Source of the DNA: an uncultured Spirochaetota bacterium | GTDB lineage: Bacteria > Spirochaetota > Spirochaetia > SZUA-6 > Fen-1364 | Reading direction: 5' to 3' | Assembly: GCA_963845535.1 (NCBI GenBank) | Contig: CAWJSK010000016.1 | Span: 32,001 to 96,000, forward strand | Length of the DNA stretch: 64,000 bases | Made by a program: the position numbers and the translations under genes | Notes under the pieces: model-generated | What the model saw: only the letters and a program-made list of their open reading frames with translations | The model's database searches: none | What the model was told of the DNA's origin: nothing | Part shown: positions 21,003-30,203 of the stretch, one piece after another | Layout of the letters: every line of letters starts with the position of its first letter | How positions within the stretch are numbered: position 1 is the stretch's first letter

Positions 21003-22499
21003 CTATCCGACAAGGGTGAACACGGCCAGGGCCGCAAAGATTGCCGCGAGGCTGAGCTTCACCTTTCCCATGTGAGACTGGAACACGGTAGTGATCCGCG
21101 CGGAGCCGACTCCGAGATAACTTGCGCTGAAGACGATGACAAGGGGCACGATGAAACAGAGGTTGTACAGCAGAAGCAGTCCGAGGGCCGCCGTCCCCCC
21201 CCGCATCCGAACGAGATAGGCGAGCATGGGGAGGTACACCTGCCCTGTGCATGCGAACTCGAAAAGAGAGACGAGGAACCCCAGGACGAGCGAGCTGCTG
21301 ACGAGCGCCGCGGTGCGGACGCGGGAGCGTATGGAGGCGTGGATCTGCCGCTTCAGCGATGAGGGGAGCTGCAGCAGCATCTGCGTGGCCCGGCCCCGGC
21401 GGATGAGCGTGTAGTCGTATACGCTCAAGCCGGCGAAGACGGCCAGCACGGCCACGAGCGCCCACCGGAGCAGCAGTGAGACAATGGAGACCGCGCTTGC
21501 CGCGCGAAGAACAGTGAACAGGCCGTAGCCGATTCCGAGATACGTGAGGAACACGGAGAGCGTGAACAGGGCGCCGATCAGGAGGACCTCCCGCCTGCCC
21601 CGGCCCGCCAGCGCGAGGGATGCCAGCAGGAAGATCAGCGTCGTGAACGCGCAAGGGTTGACGCCGTCGATCAACCCGGCAAGGGCAATGGGAAGAGCGG
21701 CCATGCGCTCCGAGAAGAGCGCCGCCGCCACGGCGGCCTGCAGAGACCGGGCGGCGGGGGCAGGCGCCGCGGCAAGCCGCGTCTTCAGCGTTGCGGCGGC
21801 GTTCTTCCTGATGGTGGCGTCGCCCTGGAGCAGCGTGTTTCCAACCGCCAGCGCGGGGATCTCACGGATGGTCTCCCCCCGGGAGGAAGCAAGAGCGGCC
21901 AGCTCCTCATAAACGGCCGGCTGCAAGACGTCCTTTCGCTCCACGGTGAGGGAAACTCCAAGCTCGCGTGAGAGTCGCGGAATCTCTGTTGACAGGAACT
22001 CTTCGCAGGTACGGCAGCCAGGCGTGTAGTAGTAGGCCACCGTGATCGAGCCGGCGGACCGAGGAGCGGGCCCGGAGCCCGCGGACGCCGCCCGGCTTCC
22101 CGGGCCCGTCCCCGCGCGACGCTCCGCGCGCACGATTCCCGTGCTCGTGTAATATGGCGGTGCAACACCCGGCGGCTGCGTCCTGATGATGAAGTCTTTG
22201 CGCGTGATTCCTGTGTCGTCCGAGGAGTCATACGTGATGACGAAAGTCCCCTCGCCGCCCGCCGTGATGAGGCGCTCGGCGGGAACGGCGGTATTGCAGG
22301 TACAGGTGGGCAGAAAGCTGACGGTGACGTCCGTGTCTCCCGTGTTTTTCACCGTGACAGCCGTCTGGATCTTCTCTCCCCTCTGGATAGAGCCGAACTT
22401 CCATTCCGACGGGGAAAAGACCAGGGTGGGGCTGCCGAGTGACGGGAAAGCGGCGGCGAAGAAGAGGAGAAGGACGGGGAGGATGCGGCAGGTCGTCAC
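21003..22499 (-). CDS. Fusion of DUF1573-like Ig domain, glutaredoxin-like CxxC domain and CcdA/DsbD-type transmembrane domain
   Basis: Signal peptide, FGSI..VKNTG..CTC; YYTPGCRTC; GLIDGVNPCAF and EFACTGQVY..LYNL.FI.PL; start inferred at GTG 22499. Confidence 0.78.
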   Translation of the reverse strand: MTTCRILPVLLLFFAAAFPSLGSPTLVFSPSEWKFGSIQRGEKIQTAVTVKNTGDTDVTVSFLPTCTCNTAVPAERLITAGGEGTFVITYDSSDDTGITRKDFIIRTQPPGVAPPYYTSTGIVRAERRAGTGPGSRAASAGSGPAPRSAGSITVAYYYTPGCRTCEEFLSTEIPRLSRELGVSLTVERKDVLQPAVYEELAALASSRGETIREIPALAVGNTLLQGDATIRKNAAATLKTRLAAAPAPAARSLQAAVAAALFSERMAALPIALAGLIDGVNPCAFTTLIFLLASLALAGRGRREVLLIGALFTLSVFLTYLGIGYGLFTVLRAASAVSIVSLLLRWALVAVLAVFAGLSVYDYTLIRRGRATQMLLQLPSSLKRQIHASIRSRVRTAALVSSSLVLGFLVSLFEFACTGQVYLPMLAYLVRMRGGTAALGLLLLYNLCFIVPLVIVFSASYLGVGSARITTVFQSHMGKVKLSLAAIFAALAVFTLVG

Positions 22500-22515
22500 G
22501 CTTGCGGTCCGTCCT

Positions 22516-22962
22516 TTACTGTTGTGTTGCCGCCGGAAGCGCCGGAGGTTTCTCCCGCCGCCAGGCAATGAGGATCACGAGGAACGCGATGTCCAGGACA
22601 AAAACCGCGAACAGCACCGCGCCCTGGGTGAGGCCGACGGGCCCGATGCGAAGCGCCTCTCCACGCATGGAGATGCCGAGTGCGCCCGAAGCCGCGAGCA
22701 GGACGAAGGAGAACACGGAGAGCACTTTCCCCAGCCTCAGGAACCTGATCATCTCCCCGTACTTCAGCGGAAACAGGGAAAGCATGATCCCTCCCACCGG
22801 CACGAGGAGATTCCCGGTTCCTCCCAGGAGGAGCCACGGGATGATCCCGATACTGGCGCCGCCGGCGGCAGAGAAAACCTGCGCAAGGAGAGAGAGGACA
22901 ACGAAGAATCGGACGGCTTCCCAGAGGGAGCCGGCCAGCAGGAAGGCATGTCGGGCCGCCAT
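22516..22962 (-). CDS. Hypothetical membrane protein (about 4 TM)
   Basis: Hydrophobic ORF co-oriented with the CcdA-like gene; TACAAT 10 nt upstream of the ATG. Confidence 0.65.
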   Translation of the reverse strand: MAARHAFLLAGSLWEAVRFFVVLSLLAQVFSAAGGASIGIIPWLLLGGTGNLLVPVGGIMLSLFPLKYGEMIRFLRLGKVLSVFSFVLLAASGALGISMRGEALRIGPVGLTQGAVLFAVFVLDIAFLVILIAWRREKPPALPAATQQ

Positions 22963-23120
22963 TATCCGAGCGATTGTAGACGCGCCGCGGACTCCGGGTC
23001 AATACGCGGTACCCGGTGTGGCCTCGTGTGGCCTCGTGCGGTGCCCGGTGCAGCATGGAATTGGCAACAGCGTTGACATTACGCCAGGAGATGTAGATCA
23101 TAGAGAAGATGGAGAGCTGA

Positions 23121-24530
23121 ATGAAACTCATCAAGACTCGCGAACGGATCGTCTGGGCGGTCGTCACGACGGTCCTCCTTGCTGCCCTCGCTCTGTTCGT
23201 CTTCTCTCAAAGACTGCTGGCGGGGAGCCCGGAGGACGAGACGCAGGCCTACCTCAGCACGATCGGCGAGATGTTCAGATATATCCAGGACAACTACGTG
23301 GACGCGGACAAGGCCCAGCCAAAGATCCTGTACGAGGGCGCCCTGAAGGGGATGTTCGAGTCCCTCAACGACCCGTACTCCGCGTACACCACTGCCGCTG
23401 ACTGGCGCATGATCTCCGACACCACCACGGGCACCTTCGGCGGCGTCGGGCTCACCATCACGAAGATCGACAAGGTGGGCGCGGAGGTCGTCACCGCCAT
23501 CGAAGGCACCCCAGCGTACAAGGCGGGGATATCGGCGGGGGACATCATCATCAAGGTCAACGGGGAGCCGGTGGACAAGCTGTCCATTGACCAGATCGTG
23601 GACCGCCTCCGTGGCACTCCCAAGACGGACGTGACCGTGACGGTGAAGCGCGGTGACTCCATTGTCTTCGACGCCACCATCACGCGGGACGTGATCGAGC
23701 TTCCCATCGTCAAGTACGCCATGATCCCCGGGGGGATCGGCTACCTGCGCATCACGGAGTTCACCCCGCAGACGGCGGAGCGCTCCCGGGAAGCGCTGCG
23801 GTTCTTCAAGGACAACAACTACACGTCCCTCATCATCGACCTGCGCGGAAACGGCGGCGGGCTTCTCTCCGCGGCCGTGGATATGGCCAACCTCTTTGTG
23901 GATGACGGGCTCATCGTGGAGATCAAGAGTGAACGCGTGGCCCGTGAGAACGTGAAGTACACGGCCCGGCCAAACCGTATGATGGTAGACCCCTCGCTGC
24001 CCATCGTGGTGCTTGTGGACAAGTACTCCGCCTCCGCTTCGGAGATCCTTTCCGGTGCTCTCCATGACCATCACCGCGCCACGTTGATGGGAGAAAAGAC
24101 TTACGGGAAAGGCTCGGTGCAGACGGTGATGTCCCTTGGTGAAGGCGGGTTCCGGCTCACCACCGCCCGTTACTACCTTCCCTCCGGCGTGACAATCGAC
24201 AAGGTGGGAATCCAGCCGGACATACCGGTGGCGGAGCCCGCTCTCTCGGACGCGGACCAGAAATCGCTGAACGACCTGCTGAACGGGTCGTACCTGAAGG
24301 ATTTCGTGAAGGCCAATCCCAAACCCACCGACGCGCAGATCGTCACGTTCATGAACGGTCTTCACGCCAAGGGGATCTCCCTGGGTGACAGGTACCTGAG
24401 AAAGCTCGTGAGGAACGAGGTCAACAGGACGAACAATAATCCTCCCCTGTATGATCTCGATTTCGACATCGTGCTGCAGGCCGCGGTGAAGGCGCTGACG
24501 AGTCACGAAATTCGGTCGGCAAAGAACTAG
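23121..24530 (+). CDS. ctpA: S41A C-terminal processing protease with PDZ domain
   Basis: LNDPYS, GGVGL PDZ loop, IDLRGNGGG, SASASEI and TYGKGSVQ motifs. Confidence 0.93.
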   Translation: MKLIKTRERIVWAVVTTVLLAALALFVFSQRLLAGSPEDETQAYLSTIGEMFRYIQDNYVDADKAQPKILYEGALKGMFESLNDPYSAYTTAADWRMISDTTTGTFGGVGLTITKIDKVGAEVVTAIEGTPAYKAGISAGDIIIKVNGEPVDKLSIDQIVDRLRGTPKTDVTVTVKRGDSIVFDATITRDVIELPIVKYAMIPGGIGYLRITEFTPQTAERSREALRFFKDNNYTSLIIDLRGNGGGLLSAAVDMANLFVDDGLIVEIKSERVARENVKYTARPNRMMVDPSLPIVVLVDKYSASASEILSGALHDHHRATLMGEKTYGKGSVQTVMSLGEGGFRLTTARYYLPSGVTIDKVGIQPDIPVAEPALSDADQKSLNDLLNGSYLKDFVKANPKPTDAQIVTFMNGLHAKGISLGDRYLRKLVRNEVNRTNNNPPLYDLDFDIVLQAAVKALTSHEIRSAKN

Positions 24531-24533
24531 AAG

Positions 24534-25223
24534 ACGCGACAGTTCACGCCGGTGGCAGGGGCCGCCGGACAGGGCCACGCTCCCAGCGGTGGACGCGCGC
24601 GGCGCGCGCTACCTCATGAAGCTCACGGCGTTCAACCATCGACGTGCGAGGCGGACACCGTCCCAGCGCCGACACCGGAAGCTGGGCTTTCTTCCGGCTT
24701 GGCAGCTCTCACGCTCCTCCAGTGCTTGCCAAAAGGGCGGAAAATCGATCTGATTATCCGCCAGGCGACGGAGGCCGGGGTGTCCCGGATCGTTCTCCTG
24801 GAGAGCGAACGTTCGGTTGCAAGGCCATCCGAGGCCACCGGCAGAATGAGGCGCCTGGAGAAAGTGGCTCCGGAGGCGCTCCAGCAGAGCGGCAACCCCT
24901 TCCGTCCATCGAGGCCCCCCGTCCGCTCGCTTCGCTGCGGGACGCCGCCGGTGAATGGGGCACCGCGCTGTTCTTCCACGAGGAGCTGCTTTCGGACGGC
25001 ACTCTTCATGAGCTGCTTACGGGGCCTGTCGAGCGCATCAGCATCCTGATCGGCCCTGAAGGCGGGCTTTCCCCCCTCGGAGGTCGGCCTGCCTGGCGGC
25101 GCGGGCTTCCGTTCGGCGTGCCTGGGAAGAACGGTGCTGCGTGTTGAGACCGCGGCAATGTACGCCATCGCCGCGGTGCAGATGATTTTACAGGAGAGAG
25201 ACGCGTGGAAAGCGGCGCATTGA
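24534..25223 (+). pseudogene. rsmE: 16S rRNA m3U1498 methyltransferase RsmE, broken by several frameshifts (pseudogene or poor-quality sequence)
   Basis: Fragments in different frames: LLQCLPKGRKIDLIIRQATEAGV; ILIGPEGGLS; LGRTVLRVETAA..stop 25223. The apparent start reads ACG-CGA-CAG-TTC with no ATG. Confidence 0.8.
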
Positions 25224-25957
25224 AGGTGAAAAGGATAAAGGTTCTCGATGTTCCCGTGGACGCCGTGGACCCGGACATGGCGGGCAAGGCCATCGAAGAG
25301 CTGCTCGGCAATTCCCAGGCCAACCAGATCGTGTTTCTCTCCCTGCGCGGGCTGCTTCGGGCGCGCCATGACACCGAGCTGATGCGATGCCTCCGTGAGG
25401 CTGCGCTTATCGTCCCCACGTCCCTGCCCATAGTGCAGGGGGCCGGGTTTCTCGGAACGGGGAAGCTGAGCCTGTTCAACCCGTTCGAGTTCATCATCCG
25501 CATCCTCAGCGTGATCGAGAAGTGCAAAGGGTCCGTGTACCTCCTGGGCACGCGCAAGAGCCTCCTGGAGACCGCGGAGGTGAACCTCTTGGGATCCTTC
25601 CACGGGATCCGCGTGGTCGGTCGCTTCTACGGCTTTTTCCCGCGCGCCGTGGAAGGGGACATCGTCACGGCCATAAAGAAGTCCTCTCCTTCTCTGCTCC
25701 TCGTCGGCACGGGAGTGCCGGGGAGGGAGCGGTGGCTGCTGCGGCACAAGAAAGAGCTCAACCCCGGCCTCTCGTTGTGGGCTGACAACTGCTTCGAGGT
25801 GTTCGCGGGCACGGAAAAGCAGGTTTCCCGCAAGCTTCACTCTCTGGGCCTTGGCATGCTTTCGGGCATAGGGCGCAAGCCGTGGCGCGTTGCGCTGATC
25901 TTCCCGTATTTCTGGTACCTGATCCTCCTCCTGGGCTACAAGATTTTCCGGCTTTAG
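25205..25957 (+). CDS. WecB/TagA/CpsF family glycosyltransferase
   Basis: IKVLDVPVD, VYLLGT, VVGRFYGFF and LLLVGTGVP..ERW motifs. Confidence 0.8.
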   Translation: MESGALKVKRIKVLDVPVDAVDPDMAGKAIEELLGNSQANQIVFLSLRGLLRARHDTELMRCLREAALIVPTSLPIVQGAGFLGTGKLSLFNPFEFIIRILSVIEKCKGSVYLLGTRKSLLETAEVNLLGSFHGIRVVGRFYGFFPRAVEGDIVTAIKKSSPSLLLVGTGVPGRERWLLRHKKELNPGLSLWADNCFEVFAGTEKQVSRKLHSLGLGMLSGIGRKPWRVALIFPYFWYLILLLGYKIFRL

Positions 25958-25964
25958 GCGCGGC

Positions 25965-26591
25965 ATGAGCTACCAGGATTTTCTCAAGCTTATCGAAGTC
26001 CTGGGCATCTTTGCTTTCAGCATGACGGGGATCTTCGAGGCCCGGCGGCTGAAGATGGACATCGTGGGGACCTACTCGGTTGCCATGATCACTGCATTCG
26101 GCGGGGGAACGCTGCGCGATCTGTTTCTCCAGCGCTATCCCCTTTTCTGGATCCACGACTGGCCCTACGGCGTCGTCATCCTCATCCTGTCCGTCGTCTC
26201 CGTGGCAATCCTCCGCCAGATCAAGGACCGCAAGAGCAAGGGGCTCATTCTCGCGGTGACAATCTGCGACGCCCTCGGGCTCGGCCTTTTCAGCGTTCTT
26301 GGCGCAGTGTATTCGCTCCAGGCGTATCCGGGCCTTTTCTTCATTGCCGTCATTATGGGAGTCATTACGGGATGCTTCGGCGGAGTGATCCGCGACATCA
26401 TCGGGAACAAGGTCCCGACCGTTTTCCAGAAGTCGCAGCTCTACGCGACGTGCAGCCTTGCCGGCTGCGTCATGTACCTGCTTCTTGCCTGGCTGGGTGT
26501 TCCCGCCGCGGTCTCCATCCCCTTTGGGGCCGGCACGACGTTCGTCGTTCGGATGCTCGCCGTGAGATTCAACGTATCGTTGCCCTTCTAG
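25965..26591 (+). CDS. Trimeric intracellular cation channel (TRIC/UPF0126, YadS-like) protein
   Basis: Duplicated TAFGGGTLRD / TGCFGGVIRD; DALGLGLF. Confidence 0.92.
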   Translation: MSYQDFLKLIEVLGIFAFSMTGIFEARRLKMDIVGTYSVAMITAFGGGTLRDLFLQRYPLFWIHDWPYGVVILILSVVSVAILRQIKDRKSKGLILAVTICDALGLGLFSVLGAVYSLQAYPGLFFIAVIMGVITGCFGGVIRDIIGNKVPTVFQKSQLYATCSLAGCVMYLLLAWLGVPAAVSIPFGAGTTFVVRMLAVRFNVSLPF

Positions 26592-26599
26592 AGCCAGCC

Positions 26600-27049
26600 C
26601 TAGATCTCGCGGAGCCTCAGGTAGTCGTAAAAGTCCTTCAGCCCACCGCTCATCTTTCTGGCCAAGGCCCGGGCAACGCCGTTCCGCACGAACGGAACGA
26701 GCATCAGGTATCCCAGGACGTCCGTGAGAAAACCGGGCGTCACCAGGAAAACGCCTCCGACAAGGAGCGCCAGCAAATCGACTGCCTCGGGTCCGGGATA
26801 CTGCCCGTCCCGCATCTTTGCCCTCAAGCGCCCCAGAATGTCCTGGAGCTGACTGTGCGCCACAAGCACGCCCGGCAGCCCGACCAGCGCGGCAACCACC
26901 AGGACCAGCCAGCTGCCAAGCAGGCTGCCGAGATAGATGAAGAAGACGATCTCAGCCAGAGGGATGAGGGAGTACACCAGAAGGGCAAGGATCAGCTTGA
27001 AGAGGAAATCCTTTTCGATGAATTGGACAAACAATCTGAGCTCTCGCAT
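26600..27049 (-). CDS. fxsA: FxsA family membrane protein
   Basis: PLAEI..., GGVFLVTPGFLTDVLG..L.VPFVR; start inferred at ATG 27049. Confidence 0.88.
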   Translation of the reverse strand: MRELRLFVQFIEKDFLFKLILALLVYSLIPLAEIVFFIYLGSLLGSWLVLVVAALVGLPGVLVAHSQLQDILGRLRAKMRDGQYPGPEAVDLLALLVGGVFLVTPGFLTDVLGYLMLVPFVRNGVARALARKMSGGLKDFYDYLRLREI

Positions 27050-27113
27050 GATGACCAGCAATGTAGCAGGGTTGGGATGGCTCTGTCATGCCGGCGCCGC
27101 ACGGCATTGATTC

Positions 27114-27165
27114 GCCGAGGCGTCAGCCAGGCCGAGGCGCCGGCCAGGCCGAGGCGTCAGCTCAG
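27114..27165. repeat. 17-bp tandem repeat GCCGAGGCG(T/C)C(A/G)GCCAG x3 right after the stop of the small minus-strand gene
   Basis: Units at 27114, 27131 and 27148. Confidence 0.85.
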
Positions 27166-27347
27166 GCTTCGGTGTCGATCTTCGTTCCGACGGATGCGTC
27201 TTCGATCTTCTCTTGCACTTGAGTCTTCAAGAGCTTGTCGGAAATGCTCATCGACTGCTCGTTGGCATTCTTGAGAATGTCGCCGAGCCCCTGGATGGAT
27301 CGAGCCAGTTGGGCAACTGAAGCGCCGGGACCAATTTCTGAGGTCAT
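27162..27347 (-). CDS. Small hypothetical protein, possibly YjfB-like motility-associated
   Basis: 61 aa helical protein ending GTKIDTEA; preceded by a sigma-28-type box. Confidence 0.6.
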   Translation of the reverse strand: MTSEIGPGASVAQLARSIQGLGDILKNANEQSMSISDKLLKTQVQEKIEDASVGTKIDTEA

Positions 27348-27353
27348 GCAACC

Positions 27354-27381
27354 TTATCGGCAGCGCGACCTATAAAGTTGA
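27354..27381 (-). promoter_or_regulatory. Sigma-28 (FliA)-type promoter TCAA-N16-GCCGATAA
   Basis: Perfect -10 GCCGATAA (27361-27354) 6 nt before ATG 27347; -35 TCAA at 27381-27378. Confidence 0.7.
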
Positions 27382-27480
27382 AACGGCGTCGCCGGTCCCA
27401 CAGCGGCGCTGCCGCCGACCGCCGCCTGCCCTCGCTTGCTGCCGTCATGCCAGTTTGACAAACACGGCTTGCCAAGGGGT

Positions 27481-27708
27481 TCAGTCGTTGATCCCTTTCC
27501 GAGGGTCAGGCGGGTTCTCCTTCAAATACTCGTGCTCGAGGCGCACCTGATCCACGAGGTCCTTGATTTTCCATTCGAGGTTGGTGGGCGTGGTGATGGC
27601 GAAAGCGATCTCAGCGGGATCGCCGACGGCGGCCTTGACCGCGCGCATCAGCGCCACTGCTTCTTCGTTGGAAAACCCGTGAATCAAGACCAGCTTGCCT
27701 TCGCGCAT
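27481..27708 (-). CDS. DUF3783 family protein
   Basis: LIHGF..A.TTPTNLEWK..DL...EHE pattern; start inferred at ATG 27708. Confidence 0.75.
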   Translation of the reverse strand: MREGKLVLIHGFSNEEAVALMRAVKAAVGDPAEIAFAITTPTNLEWKIKDLVDQVRLEHEYLKENPPDPRKGIND

Positions 27709-27775
27709 GGCGCAAGCGTACCGCTTTTCAGGCAATCTTGCCACGCCGGCGGCGCTGCTATAGATTGTATCTGGT

Positions 27776-28387
27776 ATGTCAGACGCCTCCGGCCCCGAAG
27801 ACGAACCCCGCTATCTGGGGGGCTACGTCCTCATCTCGGATATCAACCTCACGGACCCGAACTTTCACCGTTCCGTGGTGCTCATGATCACTCATGACGA
27901 CAACGGCGCGTTCGGGCTCGTGGTGAACAGGCCCTCCCGATTCACCCTGGGGGAGCTCGCGGAGGGGATGGAGGAGTCACCGGCCGCCTCGATTCCCATC
28001 TACATAGGCGGGCCGCTGCAGCAGGAGTTCTTGTTCATCCTGCACAGCGAGTTCCCCGGCAGCACCGGGAGCGAGCACATCGAGCGGCCCGCGGAAGGCG
28101 TCGTGTTCGAGCCGGCCACGCAATCAGTGGTGGATTACTTGAAGCAAGAATGGAGCCCCCTGGAGGAGGGAGAGCGGCCCTCCGTCCGACTGTACGCCGG
28201 GTACGCCGGCTGGGGCCCCGGGCAGGTGGAGGGAGAGTTGAAATCCGAAGCCTGGGTAGTCCTGAAAGCCACACCCGAGATCGTGTTCCATCCGAACCCG
28301 GAACAGGGTTGGTCGGATGCATTTGGGCGAAAAGGCCCGCTGCACCAGATCATCCTGCAGACCGGATTCAAGCCCTCCATGAACTAA
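27776..28387 (+). CDS. YqgE/AlgH (DUF179) family protein
   Basis: DPNFHRSVVL, GAFGLVVNRP, YIGGP and GYAGWGPGQ..EL...W motifs. Confidence 0.93.
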   Translation: MSDASGPEDEPRYLGGYVLISDINLTDPNFHRSVVLMITHDDNGAFGLVVNRPSRFTLGELAEGMEESPAASIPIYIGGPLQQEFLFILHSEFPGSTGSEHIERPAEGVVFEPATQSVVDYLKQEWSPLEEGERPSVRLYAGYAGWGPGQVEGELKSEAWVVLKATPEIVFHPNPEQGWSDAFGRKGPLHQIILQTGFKPSMN

Positions 28388-28499
28388 GAGGAGGGCGTTG
28401 AGGCAACGCCCGTGGGTCGCGCACCGCAGCCCACATCGCCGGGCCTTGCGGGCGCGCCGGTTTTGACCTATACCAATACTCGAAAAGTCCAGGCTCTGC

Positions 28500-29630
28500 A
28501 TGGTGAAAGTGCTCTTCATCGACGACGACCTCAATGCTCACAGGACCATGAAGCACGTGCTTCCGGATCTCTACGTGCTGGTCTCAGCGTGCAGCGCCAA
28601 AGCGGGGCTGGAGCTTGCTGCACGCGAGGGGCCGGATGTCGTTCTCCTGGACATCAACCTGCCGGACCTGGATGGCATCACGGTCCTCAAGCGCCTCGTG
28701 AGCCGGCCCGCGGCCCCGCCGGTTGTGATGCTGTCCGCCCTCAGTGAGACGCGCCTCATCAGGGACGCCCTCCTCGGCGGGGCGGTGGACTACATCGTCA
28801 AACCGTACGAGGTGAAGGAGCTCCTCGGCACGCTTCGCACCGCGGTGGCCGGCGCGGATGCCCGGCGCGCGGAGGCCCGCCTTCTGGGGGAGACTCTGCT
28901 CACTGCGCTGCTGGGTGAACATCCCCTAATGAGGCAGGTGAAGGAGCTGGTCCTGCGCTACGCTCCATCCGATTCTCCCGTCCTGGTCCACGGTGAAAGC
29001 GGCACCGGCAAGGAGCTCGTGGCGCGTTCGCTTCATGAAGCCTCACGTCGCCGGAGCGCGCCGTGCGTCGCCATCAACTGCGGCGCCCTCCCCGAAACGC
29101 TCCTGGAGACCGAGCTGTTCGGATCGGAAAGGGGCGCGTTCACGGATGCGGTGACGCGGCCGGGCAGCTTCGAACGCGCCAATGGCGGCACGCTTTTCCT
29201 GGATGAGATAGGCGATATGTCCCTGTCCGCGCAGGCCCGGCTCCTCCGGGTCATCGAGCAGAAAGAGCTGACGCGCGTCGGAGGAAGCCGGACGGTCAGC
29301 CTGAACGTCCGCGTGGTGTCCGCCACGCACCGGGACCTGCGCTGCGAAGCGGCGCGCGGCGCGTTTCGCTCCGACCTCTACTATCGGCTGGGGGTGCTCA
29401 CCATCCGGGTGCCTCCCCTCCGTGACCGGCCGGAGGATATCCCGCTCCTCGCGGCCCACTTCCTTTCCCTCCTCGGCATGCCGCGGGCCATCGTGGATGA
29501 AGAGGCCCTTTCCATCCTCCAGGCGCACCCATGGCCGGGCAACATCCGAGAGCTTCGAAACGTCATGGAGCGGGCGGCCCTGAACGCCGGGCACGGGCGC
29601 ATCACGGCAAGCCACATCGATTTCGACTAG
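28500..29630 (+). CDS. Sigma-54-dependent response regulator (receiver plus AAA+) lacking the C-terminal Fis-type HTH
   Basis: Receiver; GESGTGKE, ETELFG..GAFTDA, LFLDEIG and WPGNIRELRN; stops at ITASHIDFD. Confidence 0.92.
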   Translation: MVKVLFIDDDLNAHRTMKHVLPDLYVLVSACSAKAGLELAAREGPDVVLLDINLPDLDGITVLKRLVSRPAAPPVVMLSALSETRLIRDALLGGAVDYIVKPYEVKELLGTLRTAVAGADARRAEARLLGETLLTALLGEHPLMRQVKELVLRYAPSDSPVLVHGESGTGKELVARSLHEASRRRSAPCVAINCGALPETLLETELFGSERGAFTDAVTRPGSFERANGGTLFLDEIGDMSLSAQARLLRVIEQKELTRVGGSRTVSLNVRVVSATHRDLRCEAARGAFRSDLYYRLGVLTIRVPPLRDRPEDIPLLAAHFLSLLGMPRAIVDEEALSILQAHPWPGNIRELRNVMERAALNAGHGRITASHIDFD

Positions 29631-29640
29631 GGTCCCGCTC

Positions 29641-30126
29641 CTACTCCACGGGACGGACGAACATGCCCTCCACCAGGACCCGCTTCTCTCCCAAGGGAGT
29701 CTTCGTCACGTCAACGGGGCGGCCGATCACGATGACACGGGAGTCGATCACGACCGTCCCCGGCACAGCGGCCCTTGGCGGCCGGGCGGGAAAGATTTTG
29801 AAAAACTCAGGTCCGGTGAAATCCACGTAGCAGGTGTAGCTTTTTACATCTTCCGTTCCGATCCATTCCCCGGTGATCAGCTCTATCCTGACGCGAAAAG
29901 ACCCCTCGTCCTTGCTGATCACGTTCACGTCGGAAACCGTGCCGTTGAGGATGACAAGCTTCCCTGATGGCAGGGGCTCCCGGCCGTCGGCAACGGCGGA
30001 GAGGTCTTTCAGCGTGACCGAAAAATCCACCACCCTGTCGAAGTCCGCGCGGGAAAGGCCGAAGGCCGCGGGCACGGCCGCTGCAAGGAGGAGGCCGCTC
30101 AGGATTGCGGGAAGGATTCTTCGCAT
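29641..30126 (-). CDS. Hypothetical exported protein (beta-rich, possibly OB-fold)
   Basis: Signal peptide MRRILPAILSGLLLAAAVPAAFG; RBS AAAGGAG. Confidence 0.7.
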   Translation of the reverse strand: MRRILPAILSGLLLAAAVPAAFGLSRADFDRVVDFSVTLKDLSAVADGREPLPSGKLVILNGTVSDVNVISKDEGSFRVRIELITGEWIGTEDVKSYTCYVDFTGPEFFKIFPARPPRAAVPGTVVIDSRVIVIGRPVDVTKTPLGEKRVLVEGMFVRPVE

Positions 30127-30157
30127 GGGAGACTCCTTTCAGAGAAACACGCCACCG

Positions 30158-30194
30158 CGTGGAGAGTGCTCCAACCGTGGAGCGTACTCCACGG
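30158..30194. repeat. Two tandem 18-bp palindromic units CGTGGAG-N4-CTCCA
   Basis: CGTGGAGAGTGCTCCAAC (30158) and CGTGGAGCGTACTCCACG (30176); the second forms an 8-bp hairpin. Confidence 0.75.
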
Positions 30195-30203
30195 GGGCTG
30201 ATA

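Noticed and set aside
23016..23040. 10-bp repeat GTGTGGCCTC upstream of ctpA
   Set aside because: Only about 2.5 copies of GC-rich sequence; it cannot be distinguished from local slippage and has a different period from the 16-18 bp set.
23061..23078. Sigma-54 promoter before ctpA (TGGCAACAGCGTTGAC)
   Set aside because: The -12 is GA, not GC; the same bases fit a sigma-70 -35 TTGACA better.
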